A stretch of DNA of 64,000 nucleotides from Bacteroidales bacterium UBA4070 (GTDB lineage Bacteria > Bacteroidota > Bacteroidia > Bacteroidales > VadinHA17), in assembly GCA_002383485.1 (NCBI GenBank), contig DFYY01000012.1, positions 37,717 through 101,716 of the forward strand, given 5' to 3'. The notes below the pieces were generated by a model. That model was not told the origin of the DNA and searched no databases. It was given only the letters and a program-made list of their open reading frames with translations. The translations under genes and the position numbers were made by a program. Numbering within the stretch: position 1 is the first letter of the stretch; the number at the start of each line of letters is the position of its first letter. This document shows positions 38,492 through 48,795 of this stretch, piece by piece.

Positions 38492-39340
38492 ATGATACCT
38501 GAAATAATCAGCATCAGGCATGACGATGGTTCGGGATTCAGGGCCGCCTGGATGGATAACGAGAGCAGCTTTCTGCATCTTCACCCTGAATTCGAGGTTG
38601 TACTGAACATTTCGGGCAACGGTACCCGTGTTGCGGGTGATTCGGCGGAGATTTTTGATCATTATGACCTCGTGATGTACGGGCCTGACCTGAAGCATTT
38701 CTGGAATTTTCACAGGCAGGATGAGAGTGACACGGGCAGGCATGCAATTATGGTGCATTTCAGACGTGATTCCTTTGGTGACAGCCTTCTGTCGCAATTC
38801 GAGATGACTGACATGAGGAGGTTGCTTGAAGAGTCTGTCAGGGGCATTGCCTTCCCGCCGGAAACCGGAAAGGCAGCGGAAGAACCAATGCGCCGCCTGC
38901 TCTCTGAGACAGGCATGAGAAAGATGGTTAGCCTGTTCAGACTGCTTGACATACTCTGCTCTGCACCAAGGTACAAGACACTCTCCGGGGAAAAGCCCGA
39001 TGGCGGCAGTATCATCTCAGACGAACGGCTGACATCAGTCTGTTCCTTTGTCAGGGATAACTTCTACAGGGCCATCCCCGTGAAGGAGGTGGTAGCCCTG
39101 GCGAAGATGAGCCCGCACTCATTCAGTCGATTCTTCTCCAGAAGTACCGGAAGCGGATTCGTAGACTATGTCAACCAGGTACGGACCAACAAAGCCTGCT
39201 ACCTGCTTCGCGAAACCGACCACCAGATAAATGAGATTGTCTTTGAATGCGGTTTTGCAACCGTCTCCAACTTCAACAAGCAGTTCCGTAAGCACTCCGG
39301 AATGTCAGCGCGTGACTACAGGGCTCAGTACAGGAACTGA
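38492..39340 (+). CDS. AraC family transcriptional regulator (cupin + HTH)
   Basis: 282 aa. C-terminal HTH_18 motif ECGFATVSNFNKQFRKHSGMSARDYR. Confidence 0.85.
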   Translation: MIPEIISIRHDDGSGFRAAWMDNESSFLHLHPEFEVVLNISGNGTRVAGDSAEIFDHYDLVMYGPDLKHFWNFHRQDESDTGRHAIMVHFRRDSFGDSLLSQFEMTDMRRLLEESVRGIAFPPETGKAAEEPMRRLLSETGMRKMVSLFRLLDILCSAPRYKTLSGEKPDGGSIISDERLTSVCSFVRDNFYRAIPVKEVVALAKMSPHSFSRFFSRSTGSGFVDYVNQVRTNKACYLLRETDHQINEIVFECGFATVSNFNKQFRKHSGMSARDYRAQYRN

Positions 39341-39415
39341 TTCTCCAGATAAAATAGTCCGTAAGCCTTTGGTTAACGTATGATATTTTTCATAAAGGAG
39401 ATCAATCCCTATTGT

Positions 39416-39423
39416 TAAATTTG
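39416..39423 (+). promoter_or_regulatory. candidate -7 promoter box (TAAATTTG) for the aconitase-family gene pair
   Basis: Matches TAnnTTTG, 30 nt upstream of ATG 39453. Confidence 0.4.
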
Positions 39424-39452
39424 CCTCTGAACCAACAAAAAACATCTCCATC

Positions 39453-41270
39453 ATGGGAATGACAATAACCGAAAAAATCATTGCCGCTCACTCCAGGTAC
39501 GAAACCGTCAGGCCGGGTGACATAGTTGACATAATCATTGACGCCCGTGCCGCCAGGGACTTCGGAGGCGCCAACGTGGTTAAGAACCTCAATGATTATG
39601 GTCTCAGGGTTGATGATCCGGATAAGACGCTCTTCACTTTTGACTGCAACCCTACCGGTTCCGATCAGAAATATGCTGTCAATCAGCATCTATGCAGGCA
39701 GTATGCACGCAATAACGGCATAAAGGTATATGATATCAATGCCGGTATAGGCACTCACCTGCTGATGGAGGAGGGGTACGTGTGGCCGGGATCAACTGCA
39801 ATCTCAACGGATTCCCACGCCAACATCCTCGGAGCTGTGGGAGCTTTCGGTCAGGGTATGGGTGATATGGATATAGCGGCTGCCTGGAACAGCGGACGGG
39901 TATGGTTCAAGGTACCCGGTTCGGTCAGGCTGTCGCTGGAAGGTACCCTGCCCGACAGTGTGACTGCAAAGGATGTTATCCTTAATCTTCTGGGCATTTA
40001 CGGGGCAAATACTCTGCTGGGTTACAGCATCGAGCTCTATGGAGATGCCGTTGACAGGATGAGCCTGGACGAGCGCATCACCATCGCATCAATGGCAACT
40101 GAGATGGGAGCCATTATAATTCTTTTTCCGCCTTCCCCTGAGATATTGGAATACTGCCGGGAGCGTGCCCGTTCACCATTTGAACCAGTTTATGCCGACA
40201 GTGATGCTGTCTATCAGTTATCTGACATCATCGATGTGAGCACTTTCGTGCCGATGGTATCGCGGCCCGGCGAGCCTCATGATACTGTAGGCGTCAAGGA
40301 TATGTCAGTCACCAGGATTGATTCCGCCTTCATCGGAAGCTGCACCAACGGAAGGATTGAAGATATGAGAGTTACGGCTGAAATTCTCAGGGGGAAGAAG
40401 GTTGCTCCCGGGGTTGTTCTCAAGATAGTGCCGGCAACGGATGCAGTCTGGAAGCAGTGTCTTGACGAAGGTCTAATGACAGTGTTCAAGGATGCAGGCG
40501 CCCTTGTCTCAAATGCCGGCTGTGCAGGCTGTGCCGCCGGACAGGTGGGACAGAACGGCAAGGGTGAGGTGACAGTCAGTACCGGTAACAGGAACTTCCC
40601 CGGCAAACAGGGGCAGGGAAGTGTTTTCCTCGCCTCTCCGGCAGTTGTAGCCTCTTCGGCATTGGCTGGTTATATTACCACTCCTGACGCTGTCCCGGCC
40701 ACACCGATAGAAACGCATTATGCCACAGGACAGCCGGCTGCGGCAGCCGCTGCAAGACAGTCTGAGGCCTCTGACAAACCTGTTGTCATTAAGGGAAGGG
40801 TATGGCTGATAGAACGTGACAACATTGACACTGACATGATCTTTCACAACCGCTACCTGGCAATTACCGATATCAGGGAGATGGGTCAGTATGCCTTTGA
40901 CAACCTCGAAGGCTACAAGGATTTTGCAAAGAAAGCGCAGGCCGGTGATATCATCGTTGCCGGTAAAAACTTCGGCAGCGGCAGCTCGCGACAGCAGGCT
41001 GTGGACTGCTTCGTTTCTCTCGGAATCCAGGCAGTCATAGCCCGGTCTTTCGGGGCTATCTATGAAAGAAACGCCATCAATGCTGCCTTCCCGGTGCTTA
41101 CCTGCGAATCTTTTGAAACCGTGGATCTGAAGGACCAGGATGTTATATCAGTCAATCTTCTGACGGGTGAGATAATCAATGAACGCAATGGGATGAAAAC
41201 TTTAATTAATCCATTTTATGATGCACAGTATGAAATATATAAACGTGGAGGTCTGTTAGGTAAAACTTAA
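39453..41270 (+). CDS. fused aconitase-family dehydratase (LeuC-like large domain + LeuD-like small domain), divergent copy
   Basis: 605 aa. Motifs DSHANILG, cluster ligands GSCTNGRIED and GCAGCAAG, an Ala/Pro-rich linker, then a swivel domain (GRVWLIERDNIDTDMI, GKNFGSGSSRQQA). Confidence 0.75.
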   Translation: MGMTITEKIIAAHSRYETVRPGDIVDIIIDARAARDFGGANVVKNLNDYGLRVDDPDKTLFTFDCNPTGSDQKYAVNQHLCRQYARNNGIKVYDINAGIGTHLLMEEGYVWPGSTAISTDSHANILGAVGAFGQGMGDMDIAAAWNSGRVWFKVPGSVRLSLEGTLPDSVTAKDVILNLLGIYGANTLLGYSIELYGDAVDRMSLDERITIASMATEMGAIIILFPPSPEILEYCRERARSPFEPVYADSDAVYQLSDIIDVSTFVPMVSRPGEPHDTVGVKDMSVTRIDSAFIGSCTNGRIEDMRVTAEILRGKKVAPGVVLKIVPATDAVWKQCLDEGLMTVFKDAGALVSNAGCAGCAAGQVGQNGKGEVTVSTGNRNFPGKQGQGSVFLASPAVVASSALAGYITTPDAVPATPIETHYATGQPAAAAAARQSEASDKPVVIKGRVWLIERDNIDTDMIFHNRYLAITDIREMGQYAFDNLEGYKDFAKKAQAGDIIVAGKNFGSGSSRQQAVDCFVSLGIQAVIARSFGAIYERNAINAAFPVLTCESFETVDLKDQDVISVNLLTGEIINERNGMKTLINPFYDAQYEIYKRGGLLGKT

Positions 41271-41276
41271 GAAAAA

Positions 41277-43058
41277 ATGAATATTAAACGAATGACATTT
41301 GTTGAGAAGGTGCTGGGCGCTCCTGAGGGAGCGGTTGTATTCAGGAAGCCTGATCTGATCCTGACACATGACAACACTTCCAGTATTTTTCAGACATTCC
41401 GCAAGATGGGCGGAGAGAAGGTCTCTGACCCTGATCAGATGGTGGTGGTACTGGACCACAATGCGCCTCCTGCTGATGCCAAGCTGGCAACGCAGTACCA
41501 GGATATAAGGAATATTGTCAGTGCACAGGGGATAAAGAAGTTTTATGACTCTGGCCAGGGTATATGTCATCAGATGATGTCCGGTCATGCCCGTCCCGGA
41601 ATGATTATTGTGGGTTCTGACAGTCATACCTGTACGGCAGGGGCATTCAATGCGCTGGCGGCAGGGATAGACCGCACAGAGGCCGCCGGCATCTGGAAAA
41701 GGGGGGAGACATGGTTCCTTGTTCCCCCGTCGATGCGTATCGACCTTACCGGCAGGCTTCGCCCGGGGGTCAGCTCCAAGGACCTGTCGTTATGGATTAT
41801 CGGCATGCTGGGTTCTGACGGGGCCAATTATATGTCCATTGAGTTCCACGGCGAAGGTGTCTCGACACTCAGCGTGAGTGACAGAATGACGGTGGCCAAT
41901 CTTGCCTCCGAGATGGGAGCAAAGAACGCTGTATTCCCGTCAGATGAGGTGCTGCAGAAGTTCATCGGGTCAGATACCCGCGGTGTTTGGGCTGACGATG
42001 GTGCTGAATACCGCTGCCGGATTTCTATTGACCTTACAAAGGTGTTTCCTCTGGTAGCAGCCCCTCATCACGTTGACAACGTAAAGTCTGTTGCCTCTGT
42101 AGCCGGGACCGTGGTGCATGAAGGGCTGATAGGCACCTGCACCAACGGAAGGATTGAAGACCTGAGGAGTGCTGTCTCCGTCTTGCGGGGTGCAAAGGTT
42201 AAACCGGGGTTCCAACTGCATATTATTCCGGCATCCAGGGAGATATACCTGCAGGCTATCAGGGAAGGAATAATTACCGATCTGATTGAGGCGGGAGCCA
42301 ATATACTGAGTCCCAGTTGCGGACCCTGTCTGGGCACCGGACAGGGAATTCCTGCTTCAGGACACACGGTTATCTCAACTGCAAACCGCAACTTCCTGGG
42401 CAGGATGGGCAACAAGGAGGCTTCCATCTATCTTGCTTCACCGGCAACCGTAGCTGCCTCCGCAATTGCCGGTGTGATAACTGACCCGAGGGTAGTAAAG
42501 GGCAAGGATCTCTTCCCGTTCAATCCTCCACAGAGCAAAACCAATACTATCAGTGAGGGAGAAAACCGGAGAGCAGGCAATGTCTGGAACTACTCCGATG
42601 TTGATAACCTGAATACTGACCAGATGTTTGCAGGCAAGCATACATACAGTGTCATGAGCTCTGATGCCCCTGCGATACTGCCTTTGCTTTTCGGCGATTT
42701 CGATCCCTCGTTCAGCAGCAATGCGAAGCCCGGTGACATAATCATGGCAGGAGAAAACTTCGGGTGCGGCAGCTCACGCGAACATCCTTCGGTCGGCCTT
42801 GCTCATCTTGGCATAAGGGCAGTGATAATCAAATCAGTAAACCGTATTTTCTATCGGTCTTCCATCAATCAGGGATTGCCGCTGATAGTGCACAGGGAGG
42901 CTGTTGAAGCCTACAGGCAGGGTGACAGTGTGGAGATCGACTTTGACAATGGCACCCTGAATGTGGGGAACAAACAGTTCACATTTGAACCGTTACCGCC
43001 GGAATTGAAGGCGATCATAGAAAAGAAGGGACTGGTTAACTGGATGAAGAGTGCCTGA
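41277..43058 (+). CDS. fused aconitase-family dehydratase (LeuC-like + LeuD-like), canonical-motif copy
   Basis: 593 aa. Motifs LILTHDNTS, GSDSHTCTAG, GTCTNGRIEDL and SCGPCLGTGQG, then a swivel domain (NVWNYSDVDNLNTDQM, GENFGCGSSREHP). Confidence 0.75.
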   Translation: MNIKRMTFVEKVLGAPEGAVVFRKPDLILTHDNTSSIFQTFRKMGGEKVSDPDQMVVVLDHNAPPADAKLATQYQDIRNIVSAQGIKKFYDSGQGICHQMMSGHARPGMIIVGSDSHTCTAGAFNALAAGIDRTEAAGIWKRGETWFLVPPSMRIDLTGRLRPGVSSKDLSLWIIGMLGSDGANYMSIEFHGEGVSTLSVSDRMTVANLASEMGAKNAVFPSDEVLQKFIGSDTRGVWADDGAEYRCRISIDLTKVFPLVAAPHHVDNVKSVASVAGTVVHEGLIGTCTNGRIEDLRSAVSVLRGAKVKPGFQLHIIPASREIYLQAIREGIITDLIEAGANILSPSCGPCLGTGQGIPASGHTVISTANRNFLGRMGNKEASIYLASPATVAASAIAGVITDPRVVKGKDLFPFNPPQSKTNTISEGENRRAGNVWNYSDVDNLNTDQMFAGKHTYSVMSSDAPAILPLLFGDFDPSFSSNAKPGDIIMAGENFGCGSSREHPSVGLAHLGIRAVIIKSVNRIFYRSSINQGLPLIVHREAVEAYRQGDSVEIDFDNGTLNVGNKQFTFEPLPPELKAIIEKKGLVNWMKSA

Positions 43059-43105
43059 TCGCGGGGCAGGGTGATTATCCCTGTTGTCAAACGGAAAAAT
43101 CTGTT

Positions 43106-43113
43106 TATATTTG
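43106..43113 (+). promoter_or_regulatory. candidate -7 promoter box (TATATTTG) upstream of tRNA-Arg
   Basis: Matches TAnnTTTG, 24 nt upstream of the tRNA 5' end. It is immediately followed by the 7-bp hairpin CCGCGGT/ACCGCGG (43114-43133). Confidence 0.35.
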
Positions 43114-43136
43114 CCGCGGTTTTTAAACCGCGGTAC

Positions 43137-43210
43137 GGTTCCGTAGCTCAGTTGGATAGAGCAACAGCCTTCTAAGCTGTGGGTCGAGCGTTCGAGTCGC
43201 TCCGGAATCA
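43137..43210 (+). tRNA. tRNA-Arg (anticodon TCT)
   Basis: A 74-nt cloverleaf folded by hand. Acceptor GGTTCCG/CGGAATC, D-stem GCTC/GAGC, anticodon stem ACAGC/GCTGT with loop CTTCTAA, T-stem GAGCG/CGCTC with loop TTCGAGT. CCA is not encoded. Confidence 0.92.
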
Positions 43211-43255
43211 CGATAACCGGGATAATTTTCCCCGGTCCTGCATACAACAGGTGGG

Positions 43256-44701
43256 ATGAACACCATAAACTTCAGATCCGTATTTAAGATTATCGGGCTT
43301 ATCCTGCTGATCTCAGCTTTCTCGTTCCTGCTTTGCATGCCTGTAGCTCTTATATACACTGAACCGGTCAGGCCTTTCCTTCTTTCTTTTGTCATTGCGC
43401 TGGTGCCGGGTGCTCTTCTATTCTTTTTACCAGGCAGCCATCTTAATCAAAAGATCACGACTCGTGAGGGATACCTGAGTGTAACATTGGGATGGGTTGT
43501 CCTTGTCCTTTCAGGAACACTTCCATATCTCCTGAGCGGTGAGATAGACAGTGTTGTAAATGCAATATTTGAGAGCGTCTCGGGGTATACCACCACCGGA
43601 GCATCAATACTCACTGATATAGAAATAGTGCCGAAGTCGGTGCTTTTCTGGCGAAGTTTCACACATTGGATAGGAGGTATCGGAATCATACTGCTGGTTA
43701 TCATTATACTGCCGTCACTGAAGGTGGGCGGTTACAACCTCTTTGCAATGGAATCGTCACTTAAGGAGAAAATACTCCCACGAACGAAATCCATAGCCAG
43801 GACTATCTTGCTTATCTACCTTGGACTGACAGTTGCCGAGATTATCCTGCTGACAGCAGGCGGCATGGATCTTTTTGACAGCATCTGTCACTCTTTTGGA
43901 ACCGTTGCAACGGGTGGATTTTCAACAAAAAATACAAGTATTTCAGGTTATTCAGGATACATTCAATATGTAATAACCCTATTCATGTTCCTGGCAGCCA
44001 CCAGTTATGTGGTATTTTACTTTCTCATCAAAAGGGCATTTTTCAGGGTCAGTACAAATGAAGAGTTCCGGTTCTATATCTTCTTTACTACAGCATCTGT
44101 TGTAACCGTGACAATGATCCTGTTTGTCGGTTCAGAAATGTCTTTTGAGGAATCTTTTCGCCATTCTGTATTCCAGGTGGTTTCCACCATATCAACCACA
44201 GGATATGCTACATCGGATTATACTCTCTGGCCTGTTGCTGCCTATGTCCTTATCTTCCTGCTGATTTTTGCAGGCGGATCCACAGGTTCGACAACAGGTG
44301 GGATTAAGATGGCAAGGCATCTGATCTCGCTTAAAAACCTGAGAAACGTTACAGTGAGACTTCAGCACCCAAACGCTGTAATGCCGGTTAAACTTAACGG
44401 CCATTTGGTGCCTGATAATATTAACAGTCTGATAACGGTTTTCATTCAGTTATATGTTCTCATTTTTATCGCAGGAATGATGGTTCTTCTCATTTCAGGC
44501 ATACCTGCGGATGAGGCAGCAGGAGCCTCTGCAGCCTCCCTCTCCTGTGTCGGACCAGGGCTGGGCGCTTCAGGAAATATGGGTAATTTTGAGCATTTCA
44601 ACGGGGTGGCCAAGATGACAATGGTACTGCTGATGATCATCGGCCGTCTTGAGATTTTTACGATCATTGCCCTGTTCACCCGTGCCTTCTGGAAAAAATA
44701 A
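43256..44701 (+). CDS. trkH: TrkH-family potassium uptake protein
   Basis: 481 aa and polytopic. Repeated pore-loop motifs (SGYTTTGAS, ATGGFST, STTGYAT, GSTTGGIK). Confidence 0.85.
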   Translation: MNTINFRSVFKIIGLILLISAFSFLLCMPVALIYTEPVRPFLLSFVIALVPGALLFFLPGSHLNQKITTREGYLSVTLGWVVLVLSGTLPYLLSGEIDSVVNAIFESVSGYTTTGASILTDIEIVPKSVLFWRSFTHWIGGIGIILLVIIILPSLKVGGYNLFAMESSLKEKILPRTKSIARTILLIYLGLTVAEIILLTAGGMDLFDSICHSFGTVATGGFSTKNTSISGYSGYIQYVITLFMFLAATSYVVFYFLIKRAFFRVSTNEEFRFYIFFTTASVVTVTMILFVGSEMSFEESFRHSVFQVVSTISTTGYATSDYTLWPVAAYVLIFLLIFAGGSTGSTTGGIKMARHLISLKNLRNVTVRLQHPNAVMPVKLNGHLVPDNINSLITVFIQLYVLIFIAGMMVLLISGIPADEAAGASAASLSCVGPGLGASGNMGNFEHFNGVAKMTMVLLMIIGRLEIFTIIALFTRAFWKK

Positions 44702-44768
44702 CAGCAAATCTTTCCGGTTTTTGCGTTATTTTTTCTCCTCAATCGCATAAATATGTCAAAAACTCGTT

Positions 44769-44776
44769 TACCTTTG
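44769..44776 (+). promoter_or_regulatory. candidate -7 promoter box (TACCTTTG) for the cold-shock gene
   Basis: Matches TAnnTTTG, 24 nt upstream of ATG 44800. Confidence 0.45.
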
Positions 44777-44799
44777 CATCCAAATAAAAATCATCATTC

Positions 44800-44991
44800 A
44801 TGAATAAAGGAATTGTTAAATTTTTCAATGTTTCCAAGGGTTTTGGATTCATTAAAGACGCCAACTCATCGAAAGAGTATTTTGTGCATTCAACCGGACT
44901 GATCGACAAGATCAAGGAGAATGACGAAGTAACATTTGACCTCCAGGAAGGTAAGAAAGGTTTAAATGCCGTTAATGTAAGACTTGCATAG
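44800..44991 (+). CDS. cold-shock domain protein (CspA family)
   Basis: 63 aa. GIVKFFNVSKGFGFI (RNP1) and YFVHS (RNP2-like). Confidence 0.92.
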   Translation: MNKGIVKFFNVSKGFGFIKDANSSKEYFVHSTGLIDKIKENDEVTFDLQEGKKGLNAVNVRLA

Positions 44992-45023
44992 TTAACAATA
45001 TAATGTACATTTAATGACCTTGG

Positions 45024-45054
45024 TCCCGACATTTCGATGTCGGGATTTTTTTTT
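45024..45054 (+). terminator. rho-independent terminator after the cold-shock gene
   Basis: Perfect 9-bp stem TCCCGACAT / ATGTCGGGA, TTCG loop, followed by T9. Confidence 0.85.
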
Positions 45055-45110
45055 CAGTAAAATTAAAGGAGGCACCTCGCAACCGATGGGTGCCGATTTG
45101 TTTCTGTTAT

Positions 45111-45749
45111 TTACCTGTTCCCGGGTGCAAGACCGAACCGTAATTCGGCAACTCTGCCTATCAGGCCTACAGTTTCATCAATACCAAGCAGTGAAGAGTT
45201 GATGCACAGGTGATATGACTCTGCGGCACCCCATGTTTTACCGCTGAAATAATTATAATAGCCTGATCTTCCCTTGTCAGTACGCTCGATAAGATCCTTT
45301 GCTTTGCCTTCCGTAATATTGTGGCTGGCGGCAATCCGCCTGATGCGATCATTCAGATCAGAGATGATAAAGAGATTAAGGCACTCCTTTTCATCTTTCA
45401 TGACATAGTCGGCACAACGGCCGACAAAGATACAGGATCCCTGGGCTGCAAGCTTCTTCATCACCTCACTCTGTATCCGGAATAGTGACTCATTGCTGAG
45501 GTAGTAATTCGAAAAAAAATCGTCTGTCACTGAGGATCGCATGCCTAGGATTCCGGGAAAGAGGCTGAAGTGCTTCTTTTCGTCGACTCTCTCGAAGAAC
45601 TCCTCCTTTAATCCGCTTTGCTGCGAAGCTATCCGGATCAGTTCCTTGTCGTAGAATGCTATTCCGAGCCTTCCTGACAGCTTCTGACCTATCTCACGTC
45701 CTCCGCTGCCGAGCTGCCTCCCTATCGTTATAACATATCTCTCAGTCAT
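45111..45749 (-). CDS. cytidylate kinase-like family protein (P-loop NTPase)
   Basis: 212 aa. N-terminal ITIGRQLGSGGREIG P-loop-like motif typical of the cytidylate-kinase-like family. Confidence 0.65.
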   Translation of the reverse strand: MTERYVITIGRQLGSGGREIGQKLSGRLGIAFYDKELIRIASQQSGLKEEFFERVDEKKHFSLFPGILGMRSSVTDDFFSNYYLSNESLFRIQSEVMKKLAAQGSCIFVGRCADYVMKDEKECLNLFIISDLNDRIRRIAASHNITEGKAKDLIERTDKGRSGYYNYFSGKTWGAAESYHLCINSSLLGIDETVGLIGRVAELRFGLAPGNR

Positions 45750-45909
45750 ATGCCGTGCGGTTTAACTTCAAACAAATTTAATGTTTTCTTTCGAATTAGT
45801 GGTCAGATGTATCAGACATCAGGTCTCCCCTTACCGGGTGCCGCAAAAAAAATATTAACTTGGCTAAGGCATCCGGATACCGGAATATGATTTTTTCAAA
45901 CATGAATTT

Positions 45910-47412
45910 ATGAAGAGTTACATCCTTGCCCTTGACCAGGGAACAACCAGTTCCAGGGCCATTGTATTTGATTCGATGGGGTTACCCGTTGCATCAGCCC
46001 GGAAAGAGTTCACTCAGATATTCCCGAGACCCGGATGGGTTGAACATAATCCGGATGAGATATGGTCAACACAGGCAGGCGTTGCCGTTGAGGCCCTTAC
46101 ACGGGCAGGTATCGGCAGCGAGCACATTGCAGCTATCGGAATCACAAACCAGAGAGAGACAACCCTGGTCTGGAACAGGAAGACGGGCAAAGCTGTTTAC
46201 AATGCTGTCGTCTGGCAGGACAGACGCACATCGGATTACATTGACCGCTTAAAGGAGGAGGGTCTGGACGGGCTTATCCTGGATAAGACGGGGTTGATAA
46301 TTGATGCTTACTTCTCTGCCACGAAAGTAGGATGGATACTTGATAATGTGGCCGGGGCACGGGAAATGGCTGAAAAGGGAGAACTTGCATTTGGTACAGT
46401 TGATTCATGGCTTATCTGGAACCTTACCGGCGGGAGGCTGCATATTACAGACGTATCCAACGCATCCCGGACGATGTTGTTCAATATTCACTCACTCGAA
46501 TGGGATGATGAGTTGCTTCGAATTTTCAACATACCGGCAGGCGTTCTTCCTGAAGTACGCTCATCAAGTGAGATCTACGGACTCACGGCAGGCACCTTCA
46601 CCTCACCGGTACCCATTGCCGGCATTGCCGGCGACCAGCAGGCTGCTCTCTTCGGTCAGATGTGCATTGACCGAGGGATGGTCAAGAGCACCTATGGAAC
46701 AGGATGTTTCATGATGATGAACACAGGTACCACTCCGGTTTTGTCAGCCAGCAGGCTGCTGACTACCGTTGCCTGGAGAATAGGTGCGAAAACAGAGTAT
46801 GCGCTGGAGGGGAGCATCTTCATTGCCGGCGCCGTGGTTCAGTGGCTCCGCGACAGTCTGGGCATTATCAAAGACTCGACCGAAGTCGAGAAACTGGCAA
46901 GAGAGGTGCATTCATCAGAGGGAGTTTATCTTGTTCCGGCCTTTGCCGGCCTGGGAGCTCCCTACTGGAACCAGCATGCGCGGGGCATTATTACCGGCCT
47001 TACACGCGGCTCCGCCGCCGCCCATATTGCCCGTGCAGCCCTCGAAGGAATTGCCTTCCAGACACATGATGTGTTACTTGCAATGCAGAATGATTCAGGG
47101 TTGAAAATAAATGAATTAAGAGTTGACGGCGGGGCAACTGCAAACAACCTTCTCATGCAGTTCCAGTCAGACATACTGATGTCTGATGTGGTCCGTCCCG
47201 GGATAACCGAGACGACGGCACTTGGTGCTGCCTACCTGGCAGGACTGGCTACGGGGTACTGGGTCAGCATGGACGAGATAAGGGAGCAGTGGCAGGTTGA
47301 GAGACGGTTCACCCCGTCAATGGAACCGGGGGAGAGGGAGAAGCTTCTGCACGGATGGAAACGGGCTGTCAATGCCACCATCACCTGGAGTGACTACAGG
47401 GAAGGCAGTTGA
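45910..47412 (+). CDS. glpK: glycerol kinase
   Basis: 500 aa. [30 protein letters not shown], and the FGGY C-terminal domain. Confidence 0.95.
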   Translation: MKSYILALDQGTTSSRAIVFDSMGLPVASARKEFTQIFPRPGWVEHNPDEIWSTQAGVAVEALTRAGIGSEHIAAIGITNQRETTLVWNRKTGKAVYNAVVWQDRRTSDYIDRLKEEGLDGLILDKTGLIIDAYFSATKVGWILDNVAGAREMAEKGELAFGTVDSWLIWNLTGGRLHITDVSNASRTMLFNIHSLEWDDELLRIFNIPAGVLPEVRSSSEIYGLTAGTFTSPVPIAGIAGDQQAALFGQMCIDRGMVKSTYGTGCFMMMNTGTTPVLSASRLLTTVAWRIGAKTEYALEGSIFIAGAVVQWLRDSLGIIKDSTEVEKLAREVHSSEGVYLVPAFAGLGAPYWNQHARGIITGLTRGSAAAHIARAALEGIAFQTHDVLLAMQNDSGLKINELRVDGGATANNLLMQFQSDILMSDVVRPGITETTALGAAYLAGLATGYWVSMDEIREQWQVERRFTPSMEPGEREKLLHGWKRAVNATITWSDYREGS

Positions 47413-47547
47413 GGCAAGAGTCAGGAGTTGAATATATGGTTCCTGAGAAGCAGATGAGTTAGCATGGCTGCCCGAAGTCAGCAGGGTCCTGAAGGCATAT
47501 TTCAATATTTCAAAATTTTAGTTAGGTTTATGCCTCAAATCTCAGGC

Positions 47548-48702
47548 ATGAAAAAAATCCTTTTTATACTTGCGGTGCTGTTTATCATCCGCCCGGCTCC
47601 GGCCAGTGCTGAAATAGCTGACAGCACAGATGTGTATTTGATCACCTGCGCGCCTGGAAACGCCAGCTATTCCATATACGGTCATACAGCGCTGCGGATA
47701 GTTATCCGCGGAACAGACTTTGACATGGCTTACAACTGGGGAATCTTTGATTTTTCAACTCCCAACTTTGTATACCGCTTCGCAAAAGGCAAGCTCGATT
47801 ACATGCTTGGGGCCTATCCTTACCAGAGATTCCTTCAGGAATATATCTCCGAGGGAAGGCCGGTCTGGTCACTGAAGCTCAACCTGACAGACACAGAGAA
47901 GGAGAGGCTCTTTACACTGATCAATGAGAACCTGAAGCCGGAGAACGTAAAGTACAGGTATGATTTCTTCTTCGACAACTGTGCAACGAGGGTTCGTGAT
48001 ATTGTTGCTGCAGCGGCAACTGATACCGTCATATTCCCGGAGAAGGAAAAGCTGAAGAGCTTCAGGCAGCTGATTGACCCCCACCAGAAGGTATTGCCGT
48101 GGCTCGATTTCGGGGCGGACATGCTGCTGGGACTGCAGTCGGACCGCAAGGCCACGGTGTCAGATGAGATGTTTCTGCCGCTTTTCCTGAGGGATAATTT
48201 CGCGGCATCGGTGATAGTTCATGACGGAGTTAGTGAACCCCTGACCGGCCCGGTGGAGACTGTTGTTGATTTTCCCCCTTCATCAGCCGGGGCGAAGACC
48301 TGGATGCCTCAGGCAGTCCTGTGGCTGCTGTTTCTCCTGGTGGTCCTGCTGACTTTTGTATTCAGGAGGCCCGGCCTGGAAAAGGGACTGGATTTCGTAC
48401 TTTACTTTATCTACTCCTTAATTGCCATGGTCCTTGTGTTCACGAATATCTTCTCTGACCATGATGCGCTTCACCTGAACCTGCTGTTCCTGGGAATAAA
48501 TATCATTATTCCCGTACTGTTTGTAATGCTGTTTACCCGGAGCAAAGCAGTGAAGCTAAGCAGGCTGGCCCTGACAATTTCTTTTCTCTGGATTCCCGCA
48601 TCACTCATTGCAGGGCAGGGAATAAACCCGGCCCTGGTACCGCTGGTGCTGACGATAATGGTCAGGCTCTTCAGGCACTCGGGATTCGGAAAGGACCTTT
48701 AA
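47548..48702 (+). CDS. DUF4105-like (Lnb N-terminal domain) membrane protein
   Basis: About 384 aa from ATG 47548. Signal peptide, the motif YLITCAPGNASYSIYGHTALRI, and a C-terminal polytopic region. Confidence 0.6.
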   Translation: MKKILFILAVLFIIRPAPASAEIADSTDVYLITCAPGNASYSIYGHTALRIVIRGTDFDMAYNWGIFDFSTPNFVYRFAKGKLDYMLGAYPYQRFLQEYISEGRPVWSLKLNLTDTEKERLFTLINENLKPENVKYRYDFFFDNCATRVRDIVAAAATDTVIFPEKEKLKSFRQLIDPHQKVLPWLDFGADMLLGLQSDRKATVSDEMFLPLFLRDNFAASVIVHDGVSEPLTGPVETVVDFPPSSAGAKTWMPQAVLWLLFLLVVLLTFVFRRPGLEKGLDFVLYFIYSLIAMVLVFTNIFSDHDALHLNLLFLGINIIIPVLFVMLFTRSKAVKLSRLALTISFLWIPASLIAGQGINPALVPLVLTIMVRLFRHSGFGKDL

Positions 48703-48795
48703 CACTTCTTTAACATCATTTAACAAGTTTTTTTGATATCAGAGATGATCTTTGCGAAGCGTTTTTCGCAGAGTAAATACAGATTAACAAAGCAT

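Noticed and set aside
43114-43133. Hairpin CCGCGGT-TTTTAA-ACCGCGG considered as the terminator of the aconitase-family operon
   Set aside because: It has a perfect 7-bp stem but no downstream T-tract, and it overlaps the probable tRNA-Arg promoter/leader. I kept it only as a note under the promoter feature rather than calling a terminator.
45014-45202. 62-aa plus-strand ORF after the cold-shock gene
   Set aside because: It spans the strong rho-independent terminator (45024-45054) and then overlaps the 3' end of the convergent cytidylate-kinase-like gene.
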